IMG/VR virus record: IMGVR_UViG_3300023239_000006
Coordinates: 1-64,000 of that record
Source: an uncultured virus (IMG/VR IMGVR_UViG_3300023239_000006)
Taxonomy: Duplodnaviria; Heunggongvirae; Uroviricota; Caudoviricetes
DNA length: 64,000 nucleotides
Reading direction: 5' to 3' (one strand)
The first letter of the stretch is position 1, and the number at the start of each line of letters is the position of its first letter. A program made the translations under genes and the position numbers. Positions 47,804 through 57,646 of the stretch are shown here, in pieces. The notes under the pieces were generated by a model. It saw nothing but the letters and a program-made list of their open reading frames with translations, was not told the origin of the DNA and made no database searches.

Positions 47804-48856
47804 TTATCCTAATGTTAGTGCGAACGAAACTGCAATATCTTCTGCTTGGATACCGCTAACTGCACCTGATGCGCCTGCTGGGCTAGCCCATGCAAATCCG
47901 TCCCAAATTTCAAGAGCTTTCGAGTTCGTGTTATACCGTGTCATACCAGCTATTGCATAAGCAGTTGGACGTTGAGCATCATTGCCTACAGGTGGTACAA
48001 ATCCGTTAGTGGTTGCTATTTTAAAATAGCCGGTTCCGGTTTGCGCAATTTGAGTAATTGCATTATTTGATACGTTTGTAATAACGTTGTCAACAATTCT
48101 AAAATTACCTAATCTAACGCCGCCGACGCCACTTCCATCTATGTATAAATCGCTGCCGGAAGTTGTTGTAATTTCATTATCACGAAATATTAAATTACCA
48201 ACATCTAGTGTAGGTAATGTAACTGAAGTTGTGTAGAAATTGTTAACGTATAAATTATTCCATCTAAAAGAGGCGCTACCTAAATCATATAGCGTGTCAG
48301 TTTCGGGAATTAAATCACTTTTAATAGCAGCGTTAATAACAATGTTATCAGTTAGTGCATCACCAATTACAATGTTGCCGCCAATAGTAACGTTACCTGT
48401 TGCTGAAATATTTCCAGCAACATCTAAATTACCAGTGATTTGAGTGTTACCAGTAATTTCAACAATGCCAGACCCATTAGGTTGAAGTTCTAAATTACTG
48501 TTTGAAACAAAAGTAGATATTACATTACCAGTAATCTGTATATCATCAACTTGTAAAATTGCGTTGTAGATTACAGGATTCCCTGCGCTGGCAACAAAAC
48601 TAATAGTATCGATATCACTGGAAATTGTATTGCCAGTGATATGTAAATTGCCTACATCTAGTTGGTCGGTTACAGAAAGTGTTGTAGTACGGGTTGTACC
48701 GATAACATCTAGGTCTGTGGTCGGATTGGAGTTATTCACGCCTATGCGTGAGTTAGTAACATCTAGGTATAACAGGTCAGTCTCAAAAGCAAGATCCACA
48801 CCATCTCTGATGAGGTTAGCCTTTAAGAGCGGACCACTAATTCGACCAATAGCCAT
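47804..48856 (-). CDS. Virion structural/fibre-like protein
   Basis: GRISGPLLKANL.R.G.DLAF, RIGVN, P.G..AQRP....G..RYNT motifs. Confidence 0.7.
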   Translation of the reverse strand: MAIGRISGPLLKANLIRDGVDLAFETDLLYLDVTNSRIGVNNSNPTTDLDVIGTTRTTTLSVTDQLDVGNLHITGNTISSDIDTISFVASAGNPVIYNAILQVDDIQITGNVISTFVSNSNLELQPNGSGIVEITGNTQITGNLDVAGNISATGNVTIGGNIVIGDALTDNIVINAAIKSDLIPETDTLYDLGSASFRWNNLYVNNFYTTSVTLPTLDVGNLIFRDNEITTTSGSDLYIDGSGVGGVRLGNFRIVDNVITNVSNNAITQIAQTGTGYFKIATTNGFVPPVGNDAQRPTAYAIAGMTRYNTNSKALEIWDGFAWASPAGASGAVSGIQAEDIAVSFALTLG

Positions 48857-48977
48857 GTGCTCTCCATTTCCACCGACTTACACGGATACGGACACCTTAC
48901 ATAGCGGTCCTGCGCTGTTGAGTATCGTAAAAACTTGGTCAGTCTTTACAGTAATAGTATTTAGCCCAAAGGACATT

Positions 48978-50084
48978 TTAGCCAAGTATGAGGCTAAAAA
49001 CGTTACCTAAATCTTCCATAACACCTTGAGTAACTTCTTCACCACCGCCAGTAGCAATAACATATACATTACCGTCAAAACACTCTAGGTAGCTTATCTC
49101 AGTATTCCATCGAGTATCGCCTAATTCAGGAACAGCTGGGCGACTAGCATTATCACCTGCTGGGATTGCTAACGCATTTGTACCAACAAATTTTACATAT
49201 CCAATACCTCCATTATTTCTAAATGTTAATGCAGTATTAAGCAAGTTAGTAATGTCATTTTCTTGCCATTTAATGTTTTCAATATAAACAACGCCAGTCT
49301 CTGGGTTTAGTAGTACATCTTCATTAGATTGCAAACCGCTAATCTTATTGTCAACTCCGTTAATAAATAGCTGGTCGCTAACTATAACGTTAGTTGGTCG
49401 TATAGTATCTATCTGTTGCCAGACAGGAGAACGAAGTTCGGACCAACGTTTATTGCTCTTACCTAGATCATAAGTAATATCAGTTCCCGGAATAATGCTC
49501 TGTGTAAAATCAGTGTTAACTGTTACAGTATCTAATATGTTGTCACCAACTGTAATAGTGCCGTCGGCTTGTAAATTGCCTCCCATAACAATATTACCAG
49601 TACCGGTTCCTTGTACTGTGACATTACCATAAGTTTGTACATTTGATTCAGCTACAACTTGACCAGTGCCATTAGGGTCTAATTTAATATTAGAATTAGC
49701 GATGCTATCAATTCGACCATTATATATTTCTAAATAATCGCTTTTTAGCTTACCCATTGAGATAACTGAATTAGGTATTGCTGTAGAAATAATAATAGGA
49801 CCAGTGTATGATCCAAACGAGCCGGCTGCATTGATTAAGATATTATCAATACGTGCTTGACCTGTAACATTTAAAACTGTAGTTTTAACATCAGTATCAA
49901 TCTGTAGATCGTATAACGGTGCATCAGTATTAATACCGATACGCAGGTTATTAACGTCAAGATATAATAAGTCGTCGTCAGTAGGAGCGTTTCTAAAGGT
50001 TAGATCGCTACCGTTGCGTAGAAGGTTTTCAGTAAGTAGCTTACCGCTGATTCTACCTAAACTGGCTGCATAAGATTCTGGCAT
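48978..50084 (-). CDS. Virion structural/fibre-like protein, paralog of 47804-48856
   Basis: GRISGKLLTENL.R.G.DL.F and P.G....RP.....G..RWNT motifs. Confidence 0.7.
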   Translation of the reverse strand: MPESYAASLGRISGKLLTENLLRNGSDLTFRNAPTDDDLLYLDVNNLRIGINTDAPLYDLQIDTDVKTTVLNVTGQARIDNILINAAGSFGSYTGPIIISTAIPNSVISMGKLKSDYLEIYNGRIDSIANSNIKLDPNGTGQVVAESNVQTYGNVTVQGTGTGNIVMGGNLQADGTITVGDNILDTVTVNTDFTQSIIPGTDITYDLGKSNKRWSELRSPVWQQIDTIRPTNVIVSDQLFINGVDNKISGLQSNEDVLLNPETGVVYIENIKWQENDITNLLNTALTFRNNGGIGYVKFVGTNALAIPAGDNASRPAVPELGDTRWNTEISYLECFDGNVYVIATGGGEEVTQGVMEDLGNVFSLILG

Positions 50085-50125
50085 TACATATCTCCGTTCG
50101 ATATGTATATTTACTCTAAATCTAG

Positions 50126-50638
50126 TTAGTTAGCAAAGCCGTAATAGACTGTAACGTACTTGCCGCCCGGGATAGCACTGGTAAATTCGATTTCAGTGTT
50201 GCCGTTGATCAAGTTATAGTTAGTAACAGAAATTTGCATAACGTTTTCTACTAGAACAATAAGATTATCTGCACTAGATGGTGCTATATCAAATGGTGGG
50301 TTAAGAGTATAAGTAGTTTCGACATCGTTGCCAGGGCCTAATGTTTCTTTAGTAATTGCAGTTGCACCCGGACCTCGTACAATTTCCCATACTCCTGCAA
50401 TAAGAGCTTCTAAGCTGTTAGTGTCTAAGTTGTAACGAATTGTACCGTCGGCAAATTCAGCGCCACTAATGCCGCCTGGATAACGTACAAGTGTTTCGTT
50501 AGGACGTTGTGCAGTTGTTCCCTGTGGCAATCTTAACCCACCAGTTAGTCCCATTACTGCACGACCAAATTGATTAGTGAATAGAGTTTGGTCTCTAATA
50601 CTAAACTTTGAAATATTTTTTTGTTTTAGAAATTTCAT
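50126..50638 (-). CDS. Virion structural protein
   Basis: LPQGTTAQRP...G.IRYN motif and LIVLVENVMQ. Confidence 0.65.
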   Translation of the reverse strand: MKFLKQKNISKFSIRDQTLFTNQFGRAVMGLTGGLRLPQGTTAQRPNETLVRYPGGISGAEFADGTIRYNLDTNSLEALIAGVWEIVRGPGATAITKETLGPGNDVETTYTLNPPFDIAPSSADNLIVLVENVMQISVTNYNLINGNTEIEFTSAIPGGKYVTVYYGFAN

Positions 50639-50639
50639 A

Positions 50640-51014
50640 TTATACCGGCAATGAACTTACTGTTACTGCGATTAAGTCTGCAACATCTGCGCCTACATAA
50701 ATTGTATCGTTTGCATCTAACACTATTCTTTCTTCTGAAAAGAAAACAGTTTCGCCTGCTGGAATAATCAAGTTGCTAACAATCCTGTTATAATTTTGAT
50801 TGCCAATTCCAGCACGAGCAAACCAAATATTAACTGTAACTGCATTAGCTGTTTCGTCAGTTAGTGTTACATCACCAATATTACATAATGCAATAGTTGT
50901 TATAGCATTCACTTGCCCAGTCCCGCCACTAGCTCCGTTAGTAGTGCTAACAAAAATAGGAAGTCCTGGAGATGTAAGTGCTCTTGTTACATCAATCAAT
51001 GTACTTGTAATCAT
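50640..51014 (-). CDS. Small virion protein
   Basis: 124 aa; LCN...IPAGET...E.IVL pattern shared with the other small paralogs. Confidence 0.6.
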   Translation of the reverse strand: MITSTLIDVTRALTSPGLPIFVSTTNGASGGTGQVNAITTIALCNIGDVTLTDETANAVTVNIWFARAGIGNQNYNRIVSNLIIPAGETVFFSEERIVLDANDTIYVGADVADLIAVTVSSLPV

Positions 51015-51024
51015 AGTTGTCTCT

Positions 51025-52119
51025 TTAAAATATCATGCTAAAAACAAGTGCCTTGTTTTTGCTTATTAATTCGCCAGTTCGGTGATTAGTGCTTGCACTA
51101 TCGTTTACATAGTAAACACCGCTAGTTCCTAATCCCGGGTCGCCTGCTCGAATTAATGTTGCCCCAGAAACAAAAGCAGGATCACTAGATATTTGATCTA
51201 GTTGTAATGCATAATTTGTTTGAAGCTTTCCAGTACTGCCGGCATCAAATCGAGCAGTGTTGATAAAAATATTTTGATCCGATACACCGTTGGGCGTTCT
51301 TACTTCAAAATTTACCCCGTCGATCTCAATACCATTCAGTCCTTTGAGTCCAACTAAAAATCTATCTGCAAAAAACTGAGCCGTTAGCGTAGTATCCACT
51401 ACAATAGATACAGAGCTTTCATTAATTAATTGACCAACAGTTGCAGTAGCAAATGCAAGCGAGCCTGCTGTATCTGTATTATTAGGAGTAACATCGGCGT
51501 CAGCAATAATTACTCTAGTGTTATCTTTAAGAATTTGAAATGTTGGATTATTTTGAATTGCATCATCAACATATTTTTTGTTTGTTAACACATCGTCGTG
51601 TGTAACTTGATCTTCATAGCTAGTAGTACCAGATACTTTAACAACTCCTGTTCCCTGACCAATCAATGTCAAGTCTCCGGCGTCTGTTATACTATCTGTA
51701 ATTATTTGTCTTAATTTTAAACGACTGTTTTGGAATGTATAAGCGTCTTCGGCGCCGACTAGTTTCCATCCGCCTGCGGTTGCTCCTAGTTCTAAACTTG
51801 GAAATGTCTGTGCTGTTGGTATAGCAATATTCTCATCCCAAAGTAAAGAAGCGTCATCAGCTGAACCTCGATCAATTCGGATTCCGGAAATAATTAATGA
51901 TACTCCGTCGCCTCCTTCACCTTTGTTTAGCGTGATAACGTTGTCTTCAATTTCTAATTGTGTTGCAGCAACATAGACAGTTTCCCCTTCAACTAGTAAT
52001 CCGCCAGTTACAATAACCGTACCTGAAGGTCCAGTATCTAGAGTAATTGTACCTCCGGATACTGAATCTCTAATGGCTTGTATATTATAATCGCCGTTGA
52101 CTCTTAAAAACTGTCCCAT
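51025..52119 (-). CDS. Virion structural protein
   Basis: IEDNVITLNKGE...GI.IDRG and NKKYVD fibre-type motifs. Confidence 0.65.
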   Translation of the reverse strand: MGQFLRVNGDYNIQAIRDSVSGGTITLDTGPSGTVIVTGGLLVEGETVYVAATQLEIEDNVITLNKGEGGDGVSLIISGIRIDRGSADDASLLWDENIAIPTAQTFPSLELGATAGGWKLVGAEDAYTFQNSRLKLRQIITDSITDAGDLTLIGQGTGVVKVSGTTSYEDQVTHDDVLTNKKYVDDAIQNNPTFQILKDNTRVIIADADVTPNNTDTAGSLAFATATVGQLINESSVSIVVDTTLTAQFFADRFLVGLKGLNGIEIDGVNFEVRTPNGVSDQNIFINTARFDAGSTGKLQTNYALQLDQISSDPAFVSGATLIRAGDPGLGTSGVYYVNDSASTNHRTGELISKNKALVFSMIF

Positions 52120-52133
52120 GTTGTAATCCTAAA

Positions 52134-52529
52134 TTAAACGATTGCTGTTAGTACAATGTAGTCTGCTGATGAGTCATTTTCTAAGTACCAATTGTACTTA
52201 ACGCCGTCGAAGTCTGTAGCTACACGTTTAGTAATCTTAGCAATTTGTTTGGTATTATTAAGTCCGTTTCCGCCAACATAACCAGTGATACGCATTTCGC
52301 CGTATGCATTAGGTTCATCAGATACTACAGTTGCAGTAACATATGATGAAGTTGTACCAATGTTTCCTACTTGAGTAACTACGAAAGTTTTTGCGCCACG
52401 TTGCTTGAGAATAACACCGTCTGTTCTTAACGATGCATCAAAAAACTCAACTCTTACACCAGTAGCTGTAGTAGCACCAGTTCCGATAACATCAACTCCG
52501 TTTACATCTTTTCTTAATGGACGTCCCAT
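52134..52529 (-). CDS. Hypothetical virion protein
   Basis: MGRPL start with strong SD (AAGGAG); follows the MCP region. Confidence 0.7.
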   Translation of the reverse strand: MGRPLRKDVNGVDVIGTGATTATGVRVEFFDASLRTDGVILKQRGAKTFVVTQVGNIGTTSSYVTATVVSDEPNAYGEMRITGYVGGNGLNNTKQIAKITKRVATDFDGVKYNWYLENDSSADYIVLTAIV

Positions 52530-52600
52530 TTTGTTTCTCCTTAATTTGACGTTCTAGGTCTACGCAGAGGGATTCTGCATAAATCTTCTTGACTCTTTAT

Positions 52601-52870
52601 TTATCCACGACTAAGCATTGCCATTAGCTCAATTTTTTCAACTGTGCTTAGTATTTGATTAATAGTGTCTATTTCTTTTTGTGCTTTTTCTAAATAGGCT
52701 CGACTTTTAGTTTGTCTATGCTGTACCATAATAATACTATGTTGCTTTATGCGATTTTCAATCATATGTTCTATCTGATTAACATCGTGAGTAAACATAG
52801 GAAAGCGTTTACGCCATATACTAAACTGCTCACGCATCTGTTTAAAGTCGTTGTCTGATTCTATTTGCAT
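52601..52870 (-). CDS. Hypothetical protein
   Basis: 89-aa ORF; TAAATA box 4 nt upstream. Confidence 0.65.
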   Translation of the reverse strand: MQIESDNDFKQMREQFSIWRKRFPMFTHDVNQIEHMIENRIKQHSIIMVQHRQTKSRAYLEKAQKEIDTINQILSTVEKIELMAMLSRG

Positions 52871-52886
52871 TAGGTATTTAAGTCAA

Positions 52887-52911
52887 CAAAAAAGCCCCGA
52901 AGGGCCTTTTT
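52887..52911 (-). terminator. Intrinsic terminator after major capsid gene
   Basis: aaaaaagccc-cgaa-gggccttttt hairpin (UUCG loop on minus). Confidence 0.8.
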
Positions 52912-52936
52912 GAATCTTTCTTCTTGTTTCTAAGAA

Positions 52937-54106
52937 TTAAGCAAAACGTAGGTTTGCGCTAGTTACAGCAACAGTACCTAGGTAATCAGCTGCGTTACCT
53001 AAAGAAGATGCTGTGTTTGTCAACTCAACATAACCATAGCGTGTCATGAATGACACCACTGGTTCGAATGTTGATGGATCTAACACTACACCAGAACTCA
53101 TTAGAGGAATGTAAGGGCAGTAAAATGCCGCTGCATCTGACTCAGATGAACCTTTGTAACCTACTAATACGTTGTCGTCAGTAGCATAGCCGTTAACATA
53201 AATCTTCATTGCACTGTTCAATGTACCAACAAACTTTGTGTTTGTAGGAGCTTCGAATGTACCTTCTGTTGTACGAGCAAATGCGCTTGTAGTAGCAGAT
53301 TGTAGAAGAGTTAGAACTGTTGGAGATACAACAGCCCAGTTACCAGCACCACGACGTGTGCGTTGAGCAATCAAGTTAGCAGTACGATTGATTTGAACAG
53401 CTAAAGCAGCGTGCTCGTCACCAACGAAAGTTGCAGTACCAGAAACAGCAGCTTGGTCGTATGTTAATACGATACCAGACAAGCTCTTCAAGCTAGCAAT
53501 AACTTCTTGGTCAATTTCAGCAGTAATTTCTTGCGCCAAAGCAGCCATAATTTCTGCTTCGATGTCAATACCCTGTTGGGCTTGTGCATCTTGTGCAGAC
53601 TCAAACGTCCAGCGAGCTGACAATTTACGTGTCTTAGCTTCAACTGTCTGTTTCAAGATTTGAATGCTTAGTCTGTTACCAGCACGACCTTCTAAAGCTG
53701 CTGTACTAGCTGCTTTGTCAGATGCTGAACCGGAATAGCCTTCGGCGATCTTGAATGGGCTTAGTGCCTCATCACCAGCTGTGATGTCAGTACCGGCTGC
53801 GCTGTTAAAGCTATCTGCATAGCGAACACGCAAGGTATGGATCTGACCAACTGGGCCAGTCATTGGTTGTACACCTACTAACTCGTTAGCGATAACGGTA
53901 GGCATTACACGTCTGATCACTGGAAGGATCACACGATTTAAAGTTGCAACGTTGCCAGCGGATGTAGCTCCAGCAGTAGCACTCTCAGCCAAATACTTGC
54001 GGGTATTTTCTAAAGTAGTAGCCATTACTGAACGCTTGTTACCTTGAAGACCTTCTAGAAGGGCGTCTTTGGTTTCCGACCAGCGTGACTCGAGTAATTG
54101 TGACAT
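52937..54106 (-). CDS. 23: Major capsid protein
   Basis: VGVQPMTGP.GQI, TRKL.A.W..E.AQD, FYCPYIPL, TRYG. Confidence 0.97.
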   Translation of the reverse strand: MSQLLESRWSETKDALLEGLQGNKRSVMATTLENTRKYLAESATAGATSAGNVATLNRVILPVIRRVMPTVIANELVGVQPMTGPVGQIHTLRVRYADSFNSAAGTDITAGDEALSPFKIAEGYSGSASDKAASTAALEGRAGNRLSIQILKQTVEAKTRKLSARWTFESAQDAQAQQGIDIEAEIMAALAQEITAEIDQEVIASLKSLSGIVLTYDQAAVSGTATFVGDEHAALAVQINRTANLIAQRTRRGAGNWAVVSPTVLTLLQSATTSAFARTTEGTFEAPTNTKFVGTLNSAMKIYVNGYATDDNVLVGYKGSSESDAAAFYCPYIPLMSSGVVLDPSTFEPVVSFMTRYGYVELTNTASSLGNAADYLGTVAVTSANLRFA

Positions 54107-54117
54107 TATAGTTCTCC

Positions 54118-55212
54118 TTAAACTTTTAGTCCCGCAAGCCTGCGGATGTCAAATATTTCAGCAGTTTTTTCTTCACTGCTAAATTGTTGTGCCTGATGTT
54201 TATTGCCTGTAATTTCTTTGCCTTCGGTCAATGCTTTCTTGGCCGGAGTTCCACCATTCATTACTGCTGGTAGATACTTGTCAAAAGCTGCATTTAGCTT
54301 ATCTGTTTGTACTGACTCTAATAGTTGGCTCATTACTGAACGCTTATCACCACCTAATGGTCCTAACAACTCGCCTATAACTGCTGTGCGCTTTGCGGAT
54401 TCTTTAATGATTCTTAATTCAGTTTTATTGCTTTCTACTAATTTTTCTGTTTCTGCAACAATCTTTGCTGCTTCTTCTAATTCCATTTCTTTCTGTGCAA
54501 CTACCTTTAACAGGCGTGCAGTTTCAGATTTTTCATTTAGATGACTTGCAGCAAACTCGCTTGCGAATGATTCAAAAATTCTGCGACCAAAGTCGTTTCT
54601 GCGAGCAGAGTTGATATCTTCTTTCAACTGAGTCATTTCAGATTTCAATCCCTTAGAGACTGTTTCTTCAATGATTTGTGCTGAACGAGCGATGAAATCT
54701 TTCCTGACAGCTTCAAACTTAACTCTACTATCACGTACTAGACGTACTTTAGTTTCAGCTAAATCTTTCTTGTCGCTGTGGAATTCTGCGATTTCTTTCG
54801 CTAGTGAGTCCACAATAAAAGACTCTAATTTTTCAACGTTGCCTGCAACTGCGTTACGGTCTTCGTGTAATTCTGCAATTTCTTTGCGTAGATTATTTAA
54901 GATAAATGATTCCATAGTGGCCGCATCATCTTTCATTTTTCTAGCGTATTTTGCACGGGCTTCGATAAGTCCTTGACGGTCTTCAGCAAGTTCTGTTAGC
55001 TCTGCGGTTAAGCGATCAGCTAACATTCCTTCAACAGCTTCAACCATTGCGGTTTTATCGTGCGCATATTTCTGCGCAAATTCTTCACGTAGTGTAGCAG
55101 TGACTTGATCACGAGATTCTTGAATCTGCGTATTCCAAGCAGTTTCAATCTCCGATTTGATGTCCTCGGAAATCACATTGTTTTCAAATAATTGTTTAAC
55201 GAAATCTAGCAT
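54118..55212 (-). CDS. 22: Prohead scaffolding/core protein
   Basis: Coiled-coil Glu-rich protein between protease and MCP. Confidence 0.8.
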   Translation of the reverse strand: MLDFVKQLFENNVISEDIKSEIETAWNTQIQESRDQVTATLREEFAQKYAHDKTAMVEAVEGMLADRLTAELTELAEDRQGLIEARAKYARKMKDDAATMESFILNNLRKEIAELHEDRNAVAGNVEKLESFIVDSLAKEIAEFHSDKKDLAETKVRLVRDSRVKFEAVRKDFIARSAQIIEETVSKGLKSEMTQLKEDINSARRNDFGRRIFESFASEFAASHLNEKSETARLLKVVAQKEMELEEAAKIVAETEKLVESNKTELRIIKESAKRTAVIGELLGPLGGDKRSVMSQLLESVQTDKLNAAFDKYLPAVMNGGTPAKKALTEGKEITGNKHQAQQFSSEEKTAEIFDIRRLAGLKV

Positions 55213-55225
55213 GTGATTCTCCTTT

Positions 55226-55861
55226 TTATTTGAGATCCTTGATGATTTTCACCAAGCTCTCTGCTATATATCTTTGTGCCTGTGGGTTGCCTTGTACTTC
55301 TAATGCCATTTTAAATGCCTGATAGCCACCTGTGTTATTCATCAAGTGCTCATATACTGGAGTTGGGTAAGCTCCGGGTGCGCTTGGCTGCGCAACAATG
55401 TCAACAGTGATAATTTCAAATCCCTGGACATTGCCGCCACCGTCTACTTCGCCGGATCCTCTTGAACTTACACCCAACTTAACTCCTGCCGTCAACATGG
55501 ATTCAATTAATTTACCCATTGGTGTTGGCAAGATTTTTAGTTTTCCGTAGCCGTTAGGACCATCCATCCACATCTTGGTAATCATATGACTAACACGATC
55601 TAGATTAATTTTTAAATCCTGAGGATGATCAACTTCACCTAGCACAGAGTAACCACCAGAGATCTGTTCGTTGAGCGTTTTGACAGCCCTGCCAATCTCT
55701 TGAGAAGAATAAACACGTTGATTTGCATTGCGGATATCACCTTGGATGCAAATCCCGTTGAGATGTAACGACTTACCGCCGTTACCATCTTCTTCGCTCT
55801 CAAGAACAATCTTAGCCTGATCGTAACTTAAATGTTCTGCTAGAGTAAATTTTTTCACCAT
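55226..55861 (-). CDS. 21: Prohead protease
   Basis: N.N.RVY, GEVDHP, GVSSRGSG, DIVAQPSAP.A. Confidence 0.95.
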   Translation of the reverse strand: MVKKFTLAEHLSYDQAKIVLESEEDGNGGKSLHLNGICIQGDIRNANQRVYSSQEIGRAVKTLNEQISGGYSVLGEVDHPQDLKINLDRVSHMITKMWMDGPNGYGKLKILPTPMGKLIESMLTAGVKLGVSSRGSGEVDGGGNVQGFEIITVDIVAQPSAPGAYPTPVYEHLMNNTGGYQAFKMALEVQGNPQAQRYIAESLVKIIKDLK

Positions 55862-55870
55862 TCGGTCCTA

Positions 55871-56707
55871 TTATCTACGACCACGGAAAAGACTTTGGCC
55901 ATCAGTGGAACCTTCCGCTGCGCCCTTTTTCTCAGCACCATGACCTGACTCTTTCTTGGAGAAAGCACTACCTGCTTTTCCGCCTGGGACATTGATGTTA
56001 CCTGTATTTTGTTCTTTTGGATTACCTTTTAACAGACCGTTGCCTTTTAATGCACCTGTCTCTGAACCTTCGCTACCGTTACGGCCGCTTAGGATGTTAG
56101 CAGTTGTACCACCCATATCATTCTTACCAGCTACTGGGGACTTGCCGCCGTCAGCTTTTTCGGATTGACCTTTCTTTTCTGCGCCGTGACCTGCTGGAAC
56201 TTTCTCAACATATTCACGCACTGTTTCTAGATCAAAGTCATCTTTCATTTCCATTTCGTCGCCCATGTCGTCGCTGTCGTCAGCCATGTCGCCACCTTTC
56301 AATGCATCAAACTTAGCTTGTAGTTCATCTACAATACTGTCTAGATCTTGGAATAATTCTTCTTCGGACTTTTCTTCGTCATCTTCTTCTGGACCCATGT
56401 CCATATCTAAATCACTTTCTAGATCGTCAGTTGCGTCGCCGCCCATTTCGTGATCGCCTTCATATGCGATATCTTCGAAGTTTTCATCCATCTTGTCTTC
56501 TTCAGCATCTTCATCTTCAGCTGCTTCGTCCATTTCTTCTTCGTCTTCGTCTTCTTCTTCTTCTTCAGAAATTTCGGAATCGATTAGATTTTCGTAAATT
56601 TCACGTGAAGCAGCAACTACGTATTCGTGGAATAGTTCTTCTGCTTTAGCTTGGTCTTCGTTAACTAGATGCGCTAGCATCTGTTCTAAAATATTTTTGT
56701 CTGCCAT
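55871..56707 (-). CDS. Acidic prohead core protein (gp67/68 position)
   Basis: Extremely Asp/Glu-rich; upstream of protease; SD GGAG. Confidence 0.6.
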   Translation of the reverse strand: MADKNILEQMLAHLVNEDQAKAEELFHEYVVAASREIYENLIDSEISEEEEEDEDEEEMDEAAEDEDAEEDKMDENFEDIAYEGDHEMGGDATDDLESDLDMDMGPEEDDEEKSEEELFQDLDSIVDELQAKFDALKGGDMADDSDDMGDEMEMKDDFDLETVREYVEKVPAGHGAEKKGQSEKADGGKSPVAGKNDMGGTTANILSGRNGSEGSETGALKGNGLLKGNPKEQNTGNINVPGGKAGSAFSKKESGHGAEKKGAAEGSTDGQSLFRGRR

Positions 56708-56770
56708 GTTATGTTCTCCTTCAAGATTGTTAGGCTGTAGTATATTTAATGCGTAGATTTAAAACCGGCG

Positions 56771-57421
56771 TTAAATGATAGTTTTTTGATTCGTTTGATC
56801 TGAATATGCAGTTTCTGGAAATTTTTGTTCAAATTGACTAAAACTTATATGGCTAAGATTACCTAGCTGATTTCCAAGTTTATCTGGAATAAAAGCAGTT
56901 GTCGGTATAACTCTATAAAATTTAATACCTTTAAACTCTTTAATAACTTTTTCCGTCTGACTTAACCAGTTTCCATGAAAAGTTGCTGCGTCTGTTGATT
57001 TTTTGTAGTTAAATGTATCTGCATACACATTGTTAAACTTTCCAGCAATACCTTGATAGTCAAACCCTAAAATGTAAACTTCTTTATGGCCTTGACTTGC
57101 AGCATGCCATAGTGCTGTTGGACCACTTGACCAACCTTTATGAGGTGTAAAGAAATTTATACCTGCTTTAGAGCTAATACCTTTATTAGGATTAGTCCAT
57201 ACCTGGTGTGTCTTATGATAGCCAGACTCAATAATCTCATTAACCATTTTAACATCTACTGCAATTAAAACGTGTGGTTCATATTCTCTATACTGGGCAT
57301 TACATCCGTAAACAATACCTTTAGGTAGCAGAGATTTAGGATCAACAGATAGTCTGCTGGTTCCATTTCCTAGTACAAATGCTGGAGTATTATTCGGCTG
57401 CTGCTTCAACTGGGATACCAT
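56771..57421 (-). CDS. DUF115/MptE/GT42-like protein (possible nucleotide-sugar transferase)
   Basis: FVLGNG.SR, GCNA, SSGPTAL..A...G.KEVYILGFD motifs. Confidence 0.55.
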   Translation of the reverse strand: MVSQLKQQPNNTPAFVLGNGTSRLSVDPKSLLPKGIVYGCNAQYREYEPHVLIAVDVKMVNEIIESGYHKTHQVWTNPNKGISSKAGINFFTPHKGWSSGPTALWHAASQGHKEVYILGFDYQGIAGKFNNVYADTFNYKKSTDAATFHGNWLSQTEKVIKEFKGIKFYRVIPTTAFIPDKLGNQLGNLSHISFSQFEQKFPETAYSDQTNQKTII

Positions 57422-57632
57422 ACATCTGTTGGATAAACCCTTGCTCTGAATTTTCTTCTGCTTGGTGCGCTTCAGATTGTAACCTAAGCTGATTTATCTG
57501 TCTTAGTGTTAAGCGAATCTTGCGAGTGTCGCTTTTTTTCACAACTGAACTGTCTTTACTGTTATCGTATCTACGATCGTTAGCAAAGTCGTTATTTTCG
57601 TTGTTGAAATAAAAAAATTCTAATAGGAGCAT
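57390..57632 (-). CDS. Hypothetical protein
   Basis: 80 aa, TRK.RLTL.QIN.LR; TAAATA box 5 nt upstream. Confidence 0.7.
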   Translation of the reverse strand: MLLLEFFYFNNENNDFANDRRYDNSKDSSVVKKSDTRKIRLTLRQINQLRLQSEAHQAEENSEQGFIQQMYGIPVEAAAE

Positions 57633-57646
57633 ACTTGTATTTAGTC

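Noticed and set aside
52530..52600. Riboswitch in the leader with hairpin gcaga(g)-gga-ttctgc
   Set aside because: Only one short stem is visible; insufficient support without an alignment
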